From a bacterium (GTDB lineage: Bacteria; Patescibacteriota; Microgenomatia; UBA12405): a DNA stretch of 51,895 nucleotides. Where the stretch lies: the NCBI GenBank assembly GCA_029561175.1, contig JAKQJL010000041.1, forward strand, positions 1 to 51,895. The letters run 5' to 3'. This document shows positions 16,038-24,568 of this stretch, piece after piece. Each line of letters begins with the position of its first letter. Positions within the stretch are counted from its first letter, which is position 1. The notes beneath the pieces were generated by a model. It was given only the letters and a program-made list of their open reading frames with translations. It did not search any database and had not been told where the DNA came from. The position numbers and the translations under genes are program-made.

Positions 16038-17807
16038 ATGTCTAATCAAAATTCAGATCAACTTCACCAAATTCGTCATTCAGCTGAGCATATTCTTACT
16101 CAAGCTATGATTCGCCTTTATGGCCCCGATAAATTTTTTATGGCCATGGGTCCGGCTACCGATGATGGTTTTTATTTTGACTTCGAACCTTTAAACGATT
16201 TTAAAATTTCTGAAGAAGATTTCCCAAAAATCGAAGCCGAAATGGTCAAAATTGTTAAAGAAAACCTCCCTATCACTAAATCCGAGATTTCTCTAGATGA
16301 AGCCAAAAAATTATTTTCTTCTAACCCTTACAAAATCGAGTGGCTCGAAAGTATTACCAATCGCGAAGAAGTTATTACCATCTATACCACCGGCCAAGAA
16401 TTTTTTGATCTTTGTGCGGGCCCTCACGTTAACAGTACCAGCGAAGTCAAAGCCATTAAATTATTATCCATTGCTGGTGCCTATTGGCATGGTGATGAGA
16501 AAAATAAAATGCTTACTCGCATTTATGGCACCGCCTTCGATAGCAAAGAAGAACTAGAAAAATATTTATTCATACTTGAAGAAGCCAAACGTCGCGATCA
16601 CCGTATCATTGGCAAAAATCAAAAACTATTCACTATCTCCAACTTAATCGGAGCTGGTTTACCTCTTCTTCAACCAAAAGGTATGATTCTTCGCCAAGAA
16701 ATCGAAAATTATCTTTGGGATATCCATAAAAATAAGGGTTATCAAAGAGTTTGGACACCTCACATCACCAAAGAAGCTCTCTATGTAACATCAGGTCATG
16801 CAGAAAAATTTGGCGACAACATTTTTCGTGTTCAGGGTAAGGAAGAGAAATTTTTCATGAAACCCATGAATTGTCCTCACCACATGCAGATCTTTACTGA
16901 CAACCAATTTAGTTATCGCGACATGCCAGTTCGTTATTTTGAGCCAGCCACCGTCTATCGAGATGAAAAAACCGGTGAATTATCTGGTCTAACCAGAGTT
17001 CGCTCGATTACTCAAGATGATGGCCACTTATTTTGTCGAGTCTCTCAATTAGAAGATGAAATTTCTTCAATAGTTTCCATCATTAAAGAATTCTTTGGTA
17101 CCATGGGTATGCTTGACGGCTATTGGGTAAGATTGTCCGTACGCGGACCAAACGGTAAATATCTCGGTACTGATGAAGTTTGGCAAAAAGCTGAAGCTGC
17201 TTTAAAAAACGTCTCTGAGAGAGAAAATCTACCATATAAAATTGGTATTGATGAAGCTGCTTTTTATGGACCAAAACTAGATTTCATGTTTAAAGATGCT
17301 ATTGGTCGTGAATGGCAATTATCCACTATTCAATGCGACTTCAATCTTCCAGAAAGATTTGATCTGACTTTTATTAACGAGAAAGGTGAAAAAGAAAGAC
17401 CAGTTGTTATTCATCGTGCCATTTCTGGTTCATTAGAAAGATTTTTGGGTGTCATGATTGAACATTTTGCTGGAGCTTTCCCTGTTTGGCTTAGCCCAGT
17501 TCAAGCCAAAATTATTCCCATTACCGATGCTCAGCATGAATATGCCAATCAAGTTTTAGCACAATTAAAAGAGCAGGGGATTCGAGCCGAAGTTGATGAT
17601 CGTTCCGAAAAAATGCAGGCTAAAATTCGCGACGCTCAATTAGAAAAAATTCCATTTATGTTAGTAATTGGCGGCCGCGAAGCCGAAAGTAATGCCGTCG
17701 CTGTTCGCCAAAGAGACGGTCAAGACCTCGGAGCTATTCCCGTTAGTGATTTTATTGCCAAAATTAAGGACTTAATTAACACAAAATCACTTAATCTGAT
17801 AAAATAA
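16038..17807 (+). CDS. thrS: Threonine--tRNA ligase (no N-terminal TGS domain)
   Basis: RHSAEH, DLCAGPH, KPMNCPHH, HRAISGSLERF. Confidence 0.98.
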   Translation: MSNQNSDQLHQIRHSAEHILTQAMIRLYGPDKFFMAMGPATDDGFYFDFEPLNDFKISEEDFPKIEAEMVKIVKENLPITKSEISLDEAKKLFSSNPYKIEWLESITNREEVITIYTTGQEFFDLCAGPHVNSTSEVKAIKLLSIAGAYWHGDEKNKMLTRIYGTAFDSKEELEKYLFILEEAKRRDHRIIGKNQKLFTISNLIGAGLPLLQPKGMILRQEIENYLWDIHKNKGYQRVWTPHITKEALYVTSGHAEKFGDNIFRVQGKEEKFFMKPMNCPHHMQIFTDNQFSYRDMPVRYFEPATVYRDEKTGELSGLTRVRSITQDDGHLFCRVSQLEDEISSIVSIIKEFFGTMGMLDGYWVRLSVRGPNGKYLGTDEVWQKAEAALKNVSERENLPYKIGIDEAAFYGPKLDFMFKDAIGREWQLSTIQCDFNLPERFDLTFINEKGEKERPVVIHRAISGSLERFLGVMIEHFAGAFPVWLSPVQAKIIPITDAQHEYANQVLAQLKEQGIRAEVDDRSEKMQAKIRDAQLEKIPFMLVIGGREAESNAVAVRQRDGQDLGAIPVSDFIAKIKDLINTKSLNLIK

Positions 17808-17814
17808 ACCATCA

Positions 17815-18360
17815 ATGGCCACTTATCGAAATCAAACTCAAAATAAAAAGTTCTATCGAACCAACCAGTATATTACTGCCACCGAAGTTCGTTTAGTTGA
17901 CGATGAAGCTAAACAAATCGGAGTTGTTTCCATGACTGAAGCTCGTCGAATGTCACAAGAAACCGGCCTAGATTTGGTCGAAATTGCTCCCATGGCCAAA
18001 CCACCCGTTGTCAAGCTAATTGAATTTACCAAATTTAAATATCAGGAAGCTAAAAAGCTTAAATCCGAGAAAAAAGGTATTAAAGGTGGGGAAACCAAAG
18101 AGATCCAAACTACCCCTTTTGTATCTGAAAACGACTTCGAAACCGCCATCAACAAGGCAAGAAAATTTTTGACCTCTGGAAATAAAGTTAAATTAAGTAT
18201 AAAATTCCAAGGTCGCCAAATTCAAAAGGTAGAATTTGGTCATCAGCTAATCGATCGATTCAAATCGAAATTAGAAGACATTGCCTCTCCGGAAGGCGAA
18301 GCCAAGTTAATTGGTAAAAGATTGCTCTTTACTTTATCACCGGTTAAAAAGAAATCTTAA
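17815..18360 (+). CDS. infC: Translation initiation factor IF-3
   Basis: GLDLVEIAPMAKPPVVK; thrS-infC-rpmI-rplT order. Confidence 0.97.
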   Translation: MATYRNQTQNKKFYRTNQYITATEVRLVDDEAKQIGVVSMTEARRMSQETGLDLVEIAPMAKPPVVKLIEFTKFKYQEAKKLKSEKKGIKGGETKEIQTTPFVSENDFETAINKARKFLTSGNKVKLSIKFQGRQIQKVEFGHQLIDRFKSKLEDIASPEGEAKLIGKRLLFTLSPVKKKS

Positions 18361-18361
18361 A

Positions 18362-18571
18362 ATGAAACAAGCTAGTAAAAAACTAAAAATCAGAAAGTCG
18401 GTTGCCAACCGATTTGAAGTTACCAAAAACGGTAAAGTTCTTTGCCGTTCTGCATTTGATCGTCATTTACGACGAAAAAAATCCAAAAAACAACTTCGAC
18501 GTCTTAAAGGTAAAAAAACCGTTCTAGGTAGATTTGCATTAAAGGTTCGACAAATGTTAGGTAAAGCCTAA
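18362..18571 (+). CDS. rpmI: 50S ribosomal protein L35
   Basis: KLKIRKSVANRFEVTKNGKV; start at ATG 18362. Confidence 0.92.
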   Translation: MKQASKKLKIRKSVANRFEVTKNGKVLCRSAFDRHLRRKKSKKQLRRLKGKKTVLGRFALKVRQMLGKA

Positions 18572-18579
18572 TTAAAACT

Positions 18580-18921
18580 ATGAGAGTAAAAACAGGAGTC
18601 GTTAGAAGACAACATCACAAAAAAGTCATCAAAGCCGCTAAAGGTTTTTGGATGGAGCGAAATCGCCGTTTTAAACCAGCTCATGAAGCTGTTTTACATT
18701 CCGGTCAATATGCTTACAATGGCCGCCGAATTAAACGTCGTGATTTCCGAAAATTATGGATAATTCGTATCAATGCTGCTTTAACATCATTTGATCTTAG
18801 TTATTCAAAATTCATCAGCAAATTAAAAGCTAATAAAATCGATCTTAATCGCAAAATGTTAGCCGAAATCGCTGTTAAAGATCCCGCTACTTTTAAATCC
18901 ATCTTTACTTCCTTAAAATAA
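18580..18921 (+). CDS. rplT: 50S ribosomal protein L20
   Basis: MRVKTG...RDFRKLWIIRINAA...LNRKMLAEIA. Confidence 0.98.
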   Translation: MRVKTGVVRRQHHKKVIKAAKGFWMERNRRFKPAHEAVLHSGQYAYNGRRIKRRDFRKLWIIRINAALTSFDLSYSKFISKLKANKIDLNRKMLAEIAVKDPATFKSIFTSLK

Positions 18922-18924
18922 AGA

Positions 18925-18944
18925 CCTGCCTGCCGGCAGGCAGG
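18925..18944. repeat. Perfect 20-bp palindrome CCTGCCTGCCGGCAGGCAGG
   Basis: Read directly; GC-rich island in an AT-rich spacer. Confidence 0.85.
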
Positions 18945-18964
18945 GGGACTTTCCTATAAAAAAC

Positions 18965-18991
18965 AAAAAGCCCCTTAAAGGGGGCTTTTTT
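18965..18991 (+). terminator. Intrinsic terminator after rplT
   Basis: AAAAAGCCCCT-TAAA-GGGGGCTTTTTT. Confidence 0.85.
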
Positions 18992-19008
18992 AATATAATA
19001 GACAAGAT

Positions 19009-19992
19009 ATGAAACTTGAAGAAATAAAATTAGAAATCGATTCTTGTCAAACTAGTACTGATCTGGAAAATACTCGCATTAAATATCTCGGTCGCTCTGG
19101 CCTAATTAATGCTGAATTTTCTAAAATTAAAACTGCTGCCGACCCCAAAGCTTTTGGTTTGGAACTAAATAAACTAAAAAACGATGTTGAAAATTTAATT
19201 ACTGAAAAATCCCAAACCGTTGAATCAATAATAAATGATAAACAAAAATCTGGTTTACCCGCCGTAGCCTTGGCGAAGGTGGGACATCTTCATCCTCTAA
19301 CCGCCACCGAAAGACAATTAAATGAAGTTTTTAGGAAATTAGGTTTTTCAATTTATCATAGCCCTGAAATAGTTACTGACGAATATAATTTTGAACGCCT
19401 CAATGTTCCTTCCAACCATCCTGCTCGTGACATGCAAGACAGCATTTACATCAAAGAGCCTCAGGTTTTACTTCGAACTCAAACCTCAACTATCGAATCA
19501 TATTTATTAGCCAACCACCAACCACCATTTCGAGCCGCTTTTCCAGGTAGTGTCTATCGAAACGAAAAAGTTAATCGCAGCAACCATTTTATTTTTCACC
19601 AATATCAAGCTGTAGTCGTTGAAAAAGGTGTTACCATGAAAGATTTAATTGGAACTATGGACCTAATGTTTAAAACACTTTATGGCCCAGAAGTAGTTGT
19701 TCGTTATCGTTGTAAATACTATCCTGAAGTTGAACCCGGCGTTGGTCCAGATATGCAATGTTTTAAATGTCATGGTGCCGGTTGCCCTTTATGCAAATAC
19801 GCCGGCTGGATTGAAATGGGAGGCAGTGGCATGATTCACCCTAATGTTTTAAAGAAAGCCAATATCGATCCTAAAATTTATCAAGGTTTTGCTTTTGGTA
19901 TGGGTTTAGATCGTTGGACTATGGCTCAAAATAATATTTCTGATATTCGCACCCTCATGGGTGGCAATCTCGCTTACAAACCAAATAAATAA
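19009..19992 (+). CDS. pheS: Phenylalanine--tRNA ligase alpha subunit (atypical pocket)
   Basis: GHLHP, HPARDMQD, LRTQTS, YRNE, GFAFGMGLDR. Confidence 0.95.
   Translation: MKLEEIKLEIDSCQTSTDLENTRIKYLGRSGLINAEFSKIKTAADPKAFGLELNKLKNDVENLITEKSQTVESIINDKQKSGLPAVALAKVGHLHPLTATERQLNEVFRKLGFSIYHSPEIVTDEYNFERLNVPSNHPARDMQDSIYIKEPQVLLRTQTSTIESYLLANHQPPFRAAFPGSVYRNEKVNRSNHFIFHQYQAVVVEKGVTMKDLIGTMDLMFKTLYGPEVVVRYRCKYYPEVEPGVGPDMQCFKCHGAGCPLCKYAGWIEMGGSGMIHPNVLKKANIDPKIYQGFAFGMGLDRWTMAQNNISDIRTLMGGNLAYKPNK
19252..19283. repeat. Short GC-rich palindromic element, copy 2, in-frame in pheS
   Basis: GGTTTACCCGCCGTAGCCTTGGCGAAGGTGGG encodes GLPAVALAKVG. Confidence 0.8.
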
Positions 19993-19994
19993 TT

Positions 19995-21764
19995 ATGAAA
20001 CTAATTTATAGCGAACTTCAAAAATTTCTGCCTGATTTAAACATTGAGCCTCAAAAGCTTCGCGATGATTTAACCATGATTGGTCATTTTTGCAATTTTT
20101 ATGAAAAGATTGACGATCAAATCGTTTTCGATTTAGATATCAAAGTCAATCGTGGCGACTGCTTGGGTTATTACGGTATTGCTCGCGATTTATCAGTTCT
20201 CTATCATTTAGACTTAAGTTCCACCGATTACCAATGTCCTAGTTCAAACTATCAATTGCCAATTGTTATTTCAACCTCCAACGTTACCCGAGTAATGGCA
20301 GCTAAAATTGTCCACTTAAAAAATGGTCCTTCTCCATCTTGGCTCCAATCATTTTTAAAACTCCATGGAGTAAATTCAATCAATACTTTAGTGGATCTTA
20401 CCAACTATATTATGTTTTTGTATGGAACTCCCTGTCACGCTTTTGATACCGCCAAATCTACCGATCATTTAATTTGGGAAATGAATCCCAAATACACTGA
20501 ATTTACCAGCTTAGATAAAACTGTTTTAAAAGTAGATCCTTCGGTTTTAATGATAAATAGCCCAAATCGGGCTTTAAGCTTAAGTTTCTGGGGAGGGGAG
20601 TTTTGTGCTATCAACAACTCAACCACCGATACCATTGTTGAGCTAGCCGTCTACCACCCAACCACCGTGCGTCAAAACAGTCGACTGCTTAAAGCCACCA
20701 CTGAAGCCAGTATTCGTTTGGAAAAATCTCTTGACCCAAATTTAATTCCTCAAGCTTTTCAGCATCTTCTAAAATTAATATTTGAAAATTGTGGTGGTCT
20801 TATTGGCTCACAAGTATTTGATTATTATCCAAACCCAAAAGATATTCAGCCAATCGATTATGATTTTAATTATCCTAGCCTTTATTCTGGAATTGAAATC
20901 TCTCCGGATTTTGGCATTAATTGCTTAACCAAACTTGGTTGTTTAATCACTGATAATCAGGTAACTCCTCCATCAATTAGAAAAGATCTTAATATCTCTG
21001 AAGATCTTACCGAAGAAATTGTTAGATTCTATGGATATCAAAACATCCCTACCAATCAACCTCTGGCTTTTAAAGAAGTTCAAAACATTACTCCGCCGGT
21101 GCTTTATCTAATCGACTCTCTTAAAGATCAATTAGTTGATTTAGGCTACGACGAAGTCTTATCTTGGCCTTTAACCAAACTACCAATTAACCCAGAAACT
21201 GCCATTTACACTCAGAACTCAATTAATTCCGAGTATCCTGTTCTTCGTCAAAGTATTATTCAATCACTTCAAAACCAGTTAGACCAATATTCTCGTTTTA
21301 AACTACCTACTCCCCAATTCTTTGAAATTGGAAAAATCTATTTTAAAAAAGATAATTTATACCAAGAACACTATTCTCTTGGCATCTATCATCCTTCTTC
21401 TAATCAACTTGAAAATGATTTGAAAAAACTAAACTTAACCGCCACTGTTACCAATAATTTTGCTGAAATAATTCTTGATAATTTAGAATCTCTTCCTACT
21501 TATGTTCCTCAGCATTTAGCTACCCAAGCAATTGAATTAAATTCTCAAATCATTACTCTCGATGCCAACATTGCTCTCGATCAACCCCAAGATCCATTAA
21601 CCTTAATTAACCAATATCAAAATTTAATTGACCCTAAAATTCTTTGGTCAATTTCTATCATTGATGTTTATCAAAATCGCTATACTTTCCGAGTAAATTA
21701 TTATAACTGCGACGATAAAACTGCTAAAAAAATCCACTTAGCAGTCTTCAAGCTCGAGTGCTAA
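19995..21764 (+). CDS. pheT: Phenylalanine--tRNA ligase beta subunit, short form lacking the B2 OB-fold
   Basis: NRGDCLGYYGIARDL, INTLVDLTNY, RKDLNISEDLTEEIVRFYGY. Confidence 0.93.
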   Translation: MKLIYSELQKFLPDLNIEPQKLRDDLTMIGHFCNFYEKIDDQIVFDLDIKVNRGDCLGYYGIARDLSVLYHLDLSSTDYQCPSSNYQLPIVISTSNVTRVMAAKIVHLKNGPSPSWLQSFLKLHGVNSINTLVDLTNYIMFLYGTPCHAFDTAKSTDHLIWEMNPKYTEFTSLDKTVLKVDPSVLMINSPNRALSLSFWGGEFCAINNSTTDTIVELAVYHPTTVRQNSRLLKATTEASIRLEKSLDPNLIPQAFQHLLKLIFENCGGLIGSQVFDYYPNPKDIQPIDYDFNYPSLYSGIEISPDFGINCLTKLGCLITDNQVTPPSIRKDLNISEDLTEEIVRFYGYQNIPTNQPLAFKEVQNITPPVLYLIDSLKDQLVDLGYDEVLSWPLTKLPINPETAIYTQNSINSEYPVLRQSIIQSLQNQLDQYSRFKLPTPQFFEIGKIYFKKDNLYQEHYSLGIYHPSSNQLENDLKKLNLTATVTNNFAEIILDNLESLPTYVPQHLATQAIELNSQIITLDANIALDQPQDPLTLINQYQNLIDPKILWSISIIDVYQNRYTFRVNYYNCDDKTAKKIHLAVFKLEC

Positions 21765-21794
21765 TATATATATCAAATTAGTTTAATCCTATCT

Positions 21795-24431
21795 TTACGG
21801 ACTACTTGTGATTGTTGGTGTAACAGAAGGTATCAAAGTAGGTGTAATTACCACAGTTGGAGTTGGGGTTGGAGTCATTGTCGGTGTTGGAGCCGGAGTC
21901 CAATCCCAAGCTACATTAGTTCCAACTTTAATTTCCCTCTCGCCACTATTCCCATCTTTATCAATTGCCCTAATCTTTAAAGTGTGAACTCCATCGGCTA
22001 AATTAATTTCAGTTTCAAATGGTTTATCATTCCACACCTTAACCTCATTTCCATCAACCCACAATTTGACCTCAGTCACTTTTTTTAAGTTATCAGTTTT
22101 AATCTTAACGCTAACTTGATTACCAGTAGTCTGGCGGTCTGATGGTGAGTCAAAATTAACCACTAACAAGCCACCACTCCGACAGTATCCTTCAGGTGGA
22201 TAATAACTATCTTTATTTGACTGTTGACTCACCCAACCATCGATACCTTCTTGCCAACGATTTTTTCCATCTTTAGATACTGGATCATCCTCTTTAATTC
22301 TAAAATACTCACTTTCATTGTAATTACCATTTGCTATATCTTCAGGAGTTGCCAATCCAGCTTTATCCTTACAAACTTTCATTTTTAAATGAATTGGATC
22401 ATTAATCTTTGGTTGCATGCCATCGATAAAATAATCTTGCTTGGCCGCAAAACCATCGTGAGAGTTGTAACCCGAAACCTTATCTACTTCAACACTAACA
22501 ATTTTGTCAGGAATCGGAAAATCCTGCTTTGGTCTGGTTTTTACTAATTCAGTCATAATTCTTTTCCAAATCGGTGAAGCTCCAGACACACCCGAAGCCA
22601 CCTTAAGCATTGCTGTATTATCATTATTTCCCACCCACACCGCTGTCAACACATTTGGAGTCCAACCAATTGCCCAGTTATCTTTCTTATCGTTGGTAGT
22701 ACCTGTTTTTACTGCCACCTGATAATTTGGAATAATCAATCCATTAACTGCTCCAAAAGTTAATTCTCGAGCTGAATTATCCGCTAAGATATTAGAAATC
22801 AAAAATGCTTCTTGAGGTGACATTACTTGTTTACCCTCAATTTGTCGATATTCTTCTAAAACCTTACCACTCTTATCTTCAACTTTTAACACTGCTGCCA
22901 TTTCTGGTAATTTTCCTTGATTAGCAAAACTACAATAACCTCTAGCTAAATCAATCATCCTTACTTCAGCGCCTCCCAAAGTTACTGCAAAACCATATCT
23001 TTTTAAATTTTCCGGAGTTGGTTCTAAAGTTGTTAAGCCCATCTCAAAAGCTTGTTTAAGCATATTTTCTACTCCCACTTGAGCTAAAAGCTTAACTGCA
23101 ATCGTATTAATCGAATTTCCTAAAGCATTTCTCAAAGACATTGGACCATTAAACTTACCATTGTAATTTTGAGGGCTGTAATCTTTTTGACCAGGGATTG
23201 GAAATGATACCGGAGTATCCATAATCATAGTTGATGGCGACATTCCTCGTCTTAAAGCCATCAAATAAGTAATTGGTTTAATTGCCGATCCTGGTTGTCT
23301 TAAAGCTTGAGTCACCACATTAAAACGACCTTCAGTTTTATCACTGTTGTAACCTCTCGAACCCACCATTGCCAACACTTGACCATTAGTTGGATCCATC
23401 ACCACTGCTGCTCCGTTTGAAATTCCCATTTTCTCAGCTTTATCAATTTCCTCTGAAACAATTTGCTGAGTTTTTTCTTGAATTTTAAGATCTAAGCTAG
23501 TAGTAACTTTTAAGCCACCACCCTCAACCATTTCATCACCATATTTCTCTGCCAAAATATCTTTAACCCAAAAAACAAAATGAGGTGCCGCCAATTTAGA
23601 AGTGTTTTCATAAAATTTAAAATTTTTCACTTCTTCCAGAGTAGTCTTTGCCACTTCTTGGCTAATATAACCATCTTCTACCATTCGATTAATTACATGA
23701 GCCGATCGATCAACATAAGCTTTAGGAGTTTTTGAAAAAGGGGAGTAAGTATTCGGTCTTTGTGGTAAACCAGCTAAAATTACCGATTCGGTTAGCGACA
23801 AATCTTTTACTTTTTTTCCAAAATATTGTTCTGCAGCTGCCCCAACTCCTCGAGCCGAACCACCATAAGGAACCTCATTTAAATACATCAATAAAATCTC
23901 GCTCTTTTTATATTTAGCTTCAATTTGAACCGCCAAAATAAACTCACGAATTTTTCGGGTTACACTTCTTTCTGAAGTTAGTAATACATTTTTTACCAAT
24001 TGCTGAGTTAAAGTTGAGCCTCCGGTCAGTTTCTTAAACACAAAAACGTTTTTAACCATTCTTAACGGCGTTAATATGTCGAAACCTTGATGCTTGTAAA
24101 AATCTTTATCTTCAACAGCTACCGTAGCATTTTTTAGACTATCTGGTATTTCTTCCCACACCACCGGCATAATTTTTGCATCTTTATAAACGTCATAAAT
24201 TACCTCACCATTCCGGTCTAAAATTCTGGTTGAAAAACCATCCCGACGAACCACTTTATTGGGAGATGGTAAATCTTTACTAAACCAAGCAAAAATTACT
24301 AAAAATAAAAAATAGATACTCAATATTCCCACTAAACTTCCAAAAAACAATCGATACCAAAACTTCTTAGATTTTGTTTTTAACTTCATTGACAACCACC
24401 AACATTTTATTAATTCTATAAAACGATTCAT
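21795..24431 (-). CDS. Class A penicillin-binding protein (PBP1A family) with C-terminal Ig-like domain and PT tail
   Basis: EDKDFYKHQG and GGSTLTQQLVKN (GT51); SAIK, SIN, KTGT transpeptidase motifs. Confidence 0.95.
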   Translation of the reverse strand: MNRFIELIKCWWLSMKLKTKSKKFWYRLFFGSLVGILSIYFLFLVIFAWFSKDLPSPNKVVRRDGFSTRILDRNGEVIYDVYKDAKIMPVVWEEIPDSLKNATVAVEDKDFYKHQGFDILTPLRMVKNVFVFKKLTGGSTLTQQLVKNVLLTSERSVTRKIREFILAVQIEAKYKKSEILLMYLNEVPYGGSARGVGAAAEQYFGKKVKDLSLTESVILAGLPQRPNTYSPFSKTPKAYVDRSAHVINRMVEDGYISQEVAKTTLEEVKNFKFYENTSKLAAPHFVFWVKDILAEKYGDEMVEGGGLKVTTSLDLKIQEKTQQIVSEEIDKAEKMGISNGAAVVMDPTNGQVLAMVGSRGYNSDKTEGRFNVVTQALRQPGSAIKPITYLMALRRGMSPSTMIMDTPVSFPIPGQKDYSPQNYNGKFNGPMSLRNALGNSINTIAVKLLAQVGVENMLKQAFEMGLTTLEPTPENLKRYGFAVTLGGAEVRMIDLARGYCSFANQGKLPEMAAVLKVEDKSGKVLEEYRQIEGKQVMSPQEAFLISNILADNSARELTFGAVNGLIIPNYQVAVKTGTTNDKKDNWAIGWTPNVLTAVWVGNNDNTAMLKVASGVSGASPIWKRIMTELVKTRPKQDFPIPDKIVSVEVDKVSGYNSHDGFAAKQDYFIDGMQPKINDPIHLKMKVCKDKAGLATPEDIANGNYNESEYFRIKEDDPVSKDGKNRWQEGIDGWVSQQSNKDSYYPPEGYCRSGGLLVVNFDSPSDRQTTGNQVSVKIKTDNLKKVTEVKLWVDGNEVKVWNDKPFETEINLADGVHTLKIRAIDKDGNSGEREIKVGTNVAWDWTPAPTPTMTPTPTPTVVITPTLIPSVTPTITSSP

Positions 24432-24547
24432 TTAAGAATTGTTCCCAAAAATGGGACAATACCAGATAGTAACAGAGCGCTCATTGCTACAATTAAAATT
24501 CCTTTTTCGATTGTTTTTCGACGAACTTTTCTGCCCAAGATTCTCAT
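24428..24547 (-). CDS. 39-aa single-pass membrane peptide
   Basis: Manual translation MRILGRKVRRKTIEKGILIVAMSALLLSGIVPFLGTILK; ATGA overlap with the PBP start. Confidence 0.65.
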   Translation of the reverse strand: MRILGRKVRRKTIEKGILIVAMSALLLSGIVPFLGTILK

Positions 24548-24568
24548 AACTAAATGATAACATAAGCT

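Noticed and set aside
21795..21900. Pro-Thr codon repeats (also in 4079, 11928, 32313 and 47908 genes)
   Set aside because: Ordinary low-complexity PT linkers of exported proteins.
24428..24547. rpmB (L28) expected near recG
   Set aside because: The small ORF is a hydrophobic peptide without L28 motifs.
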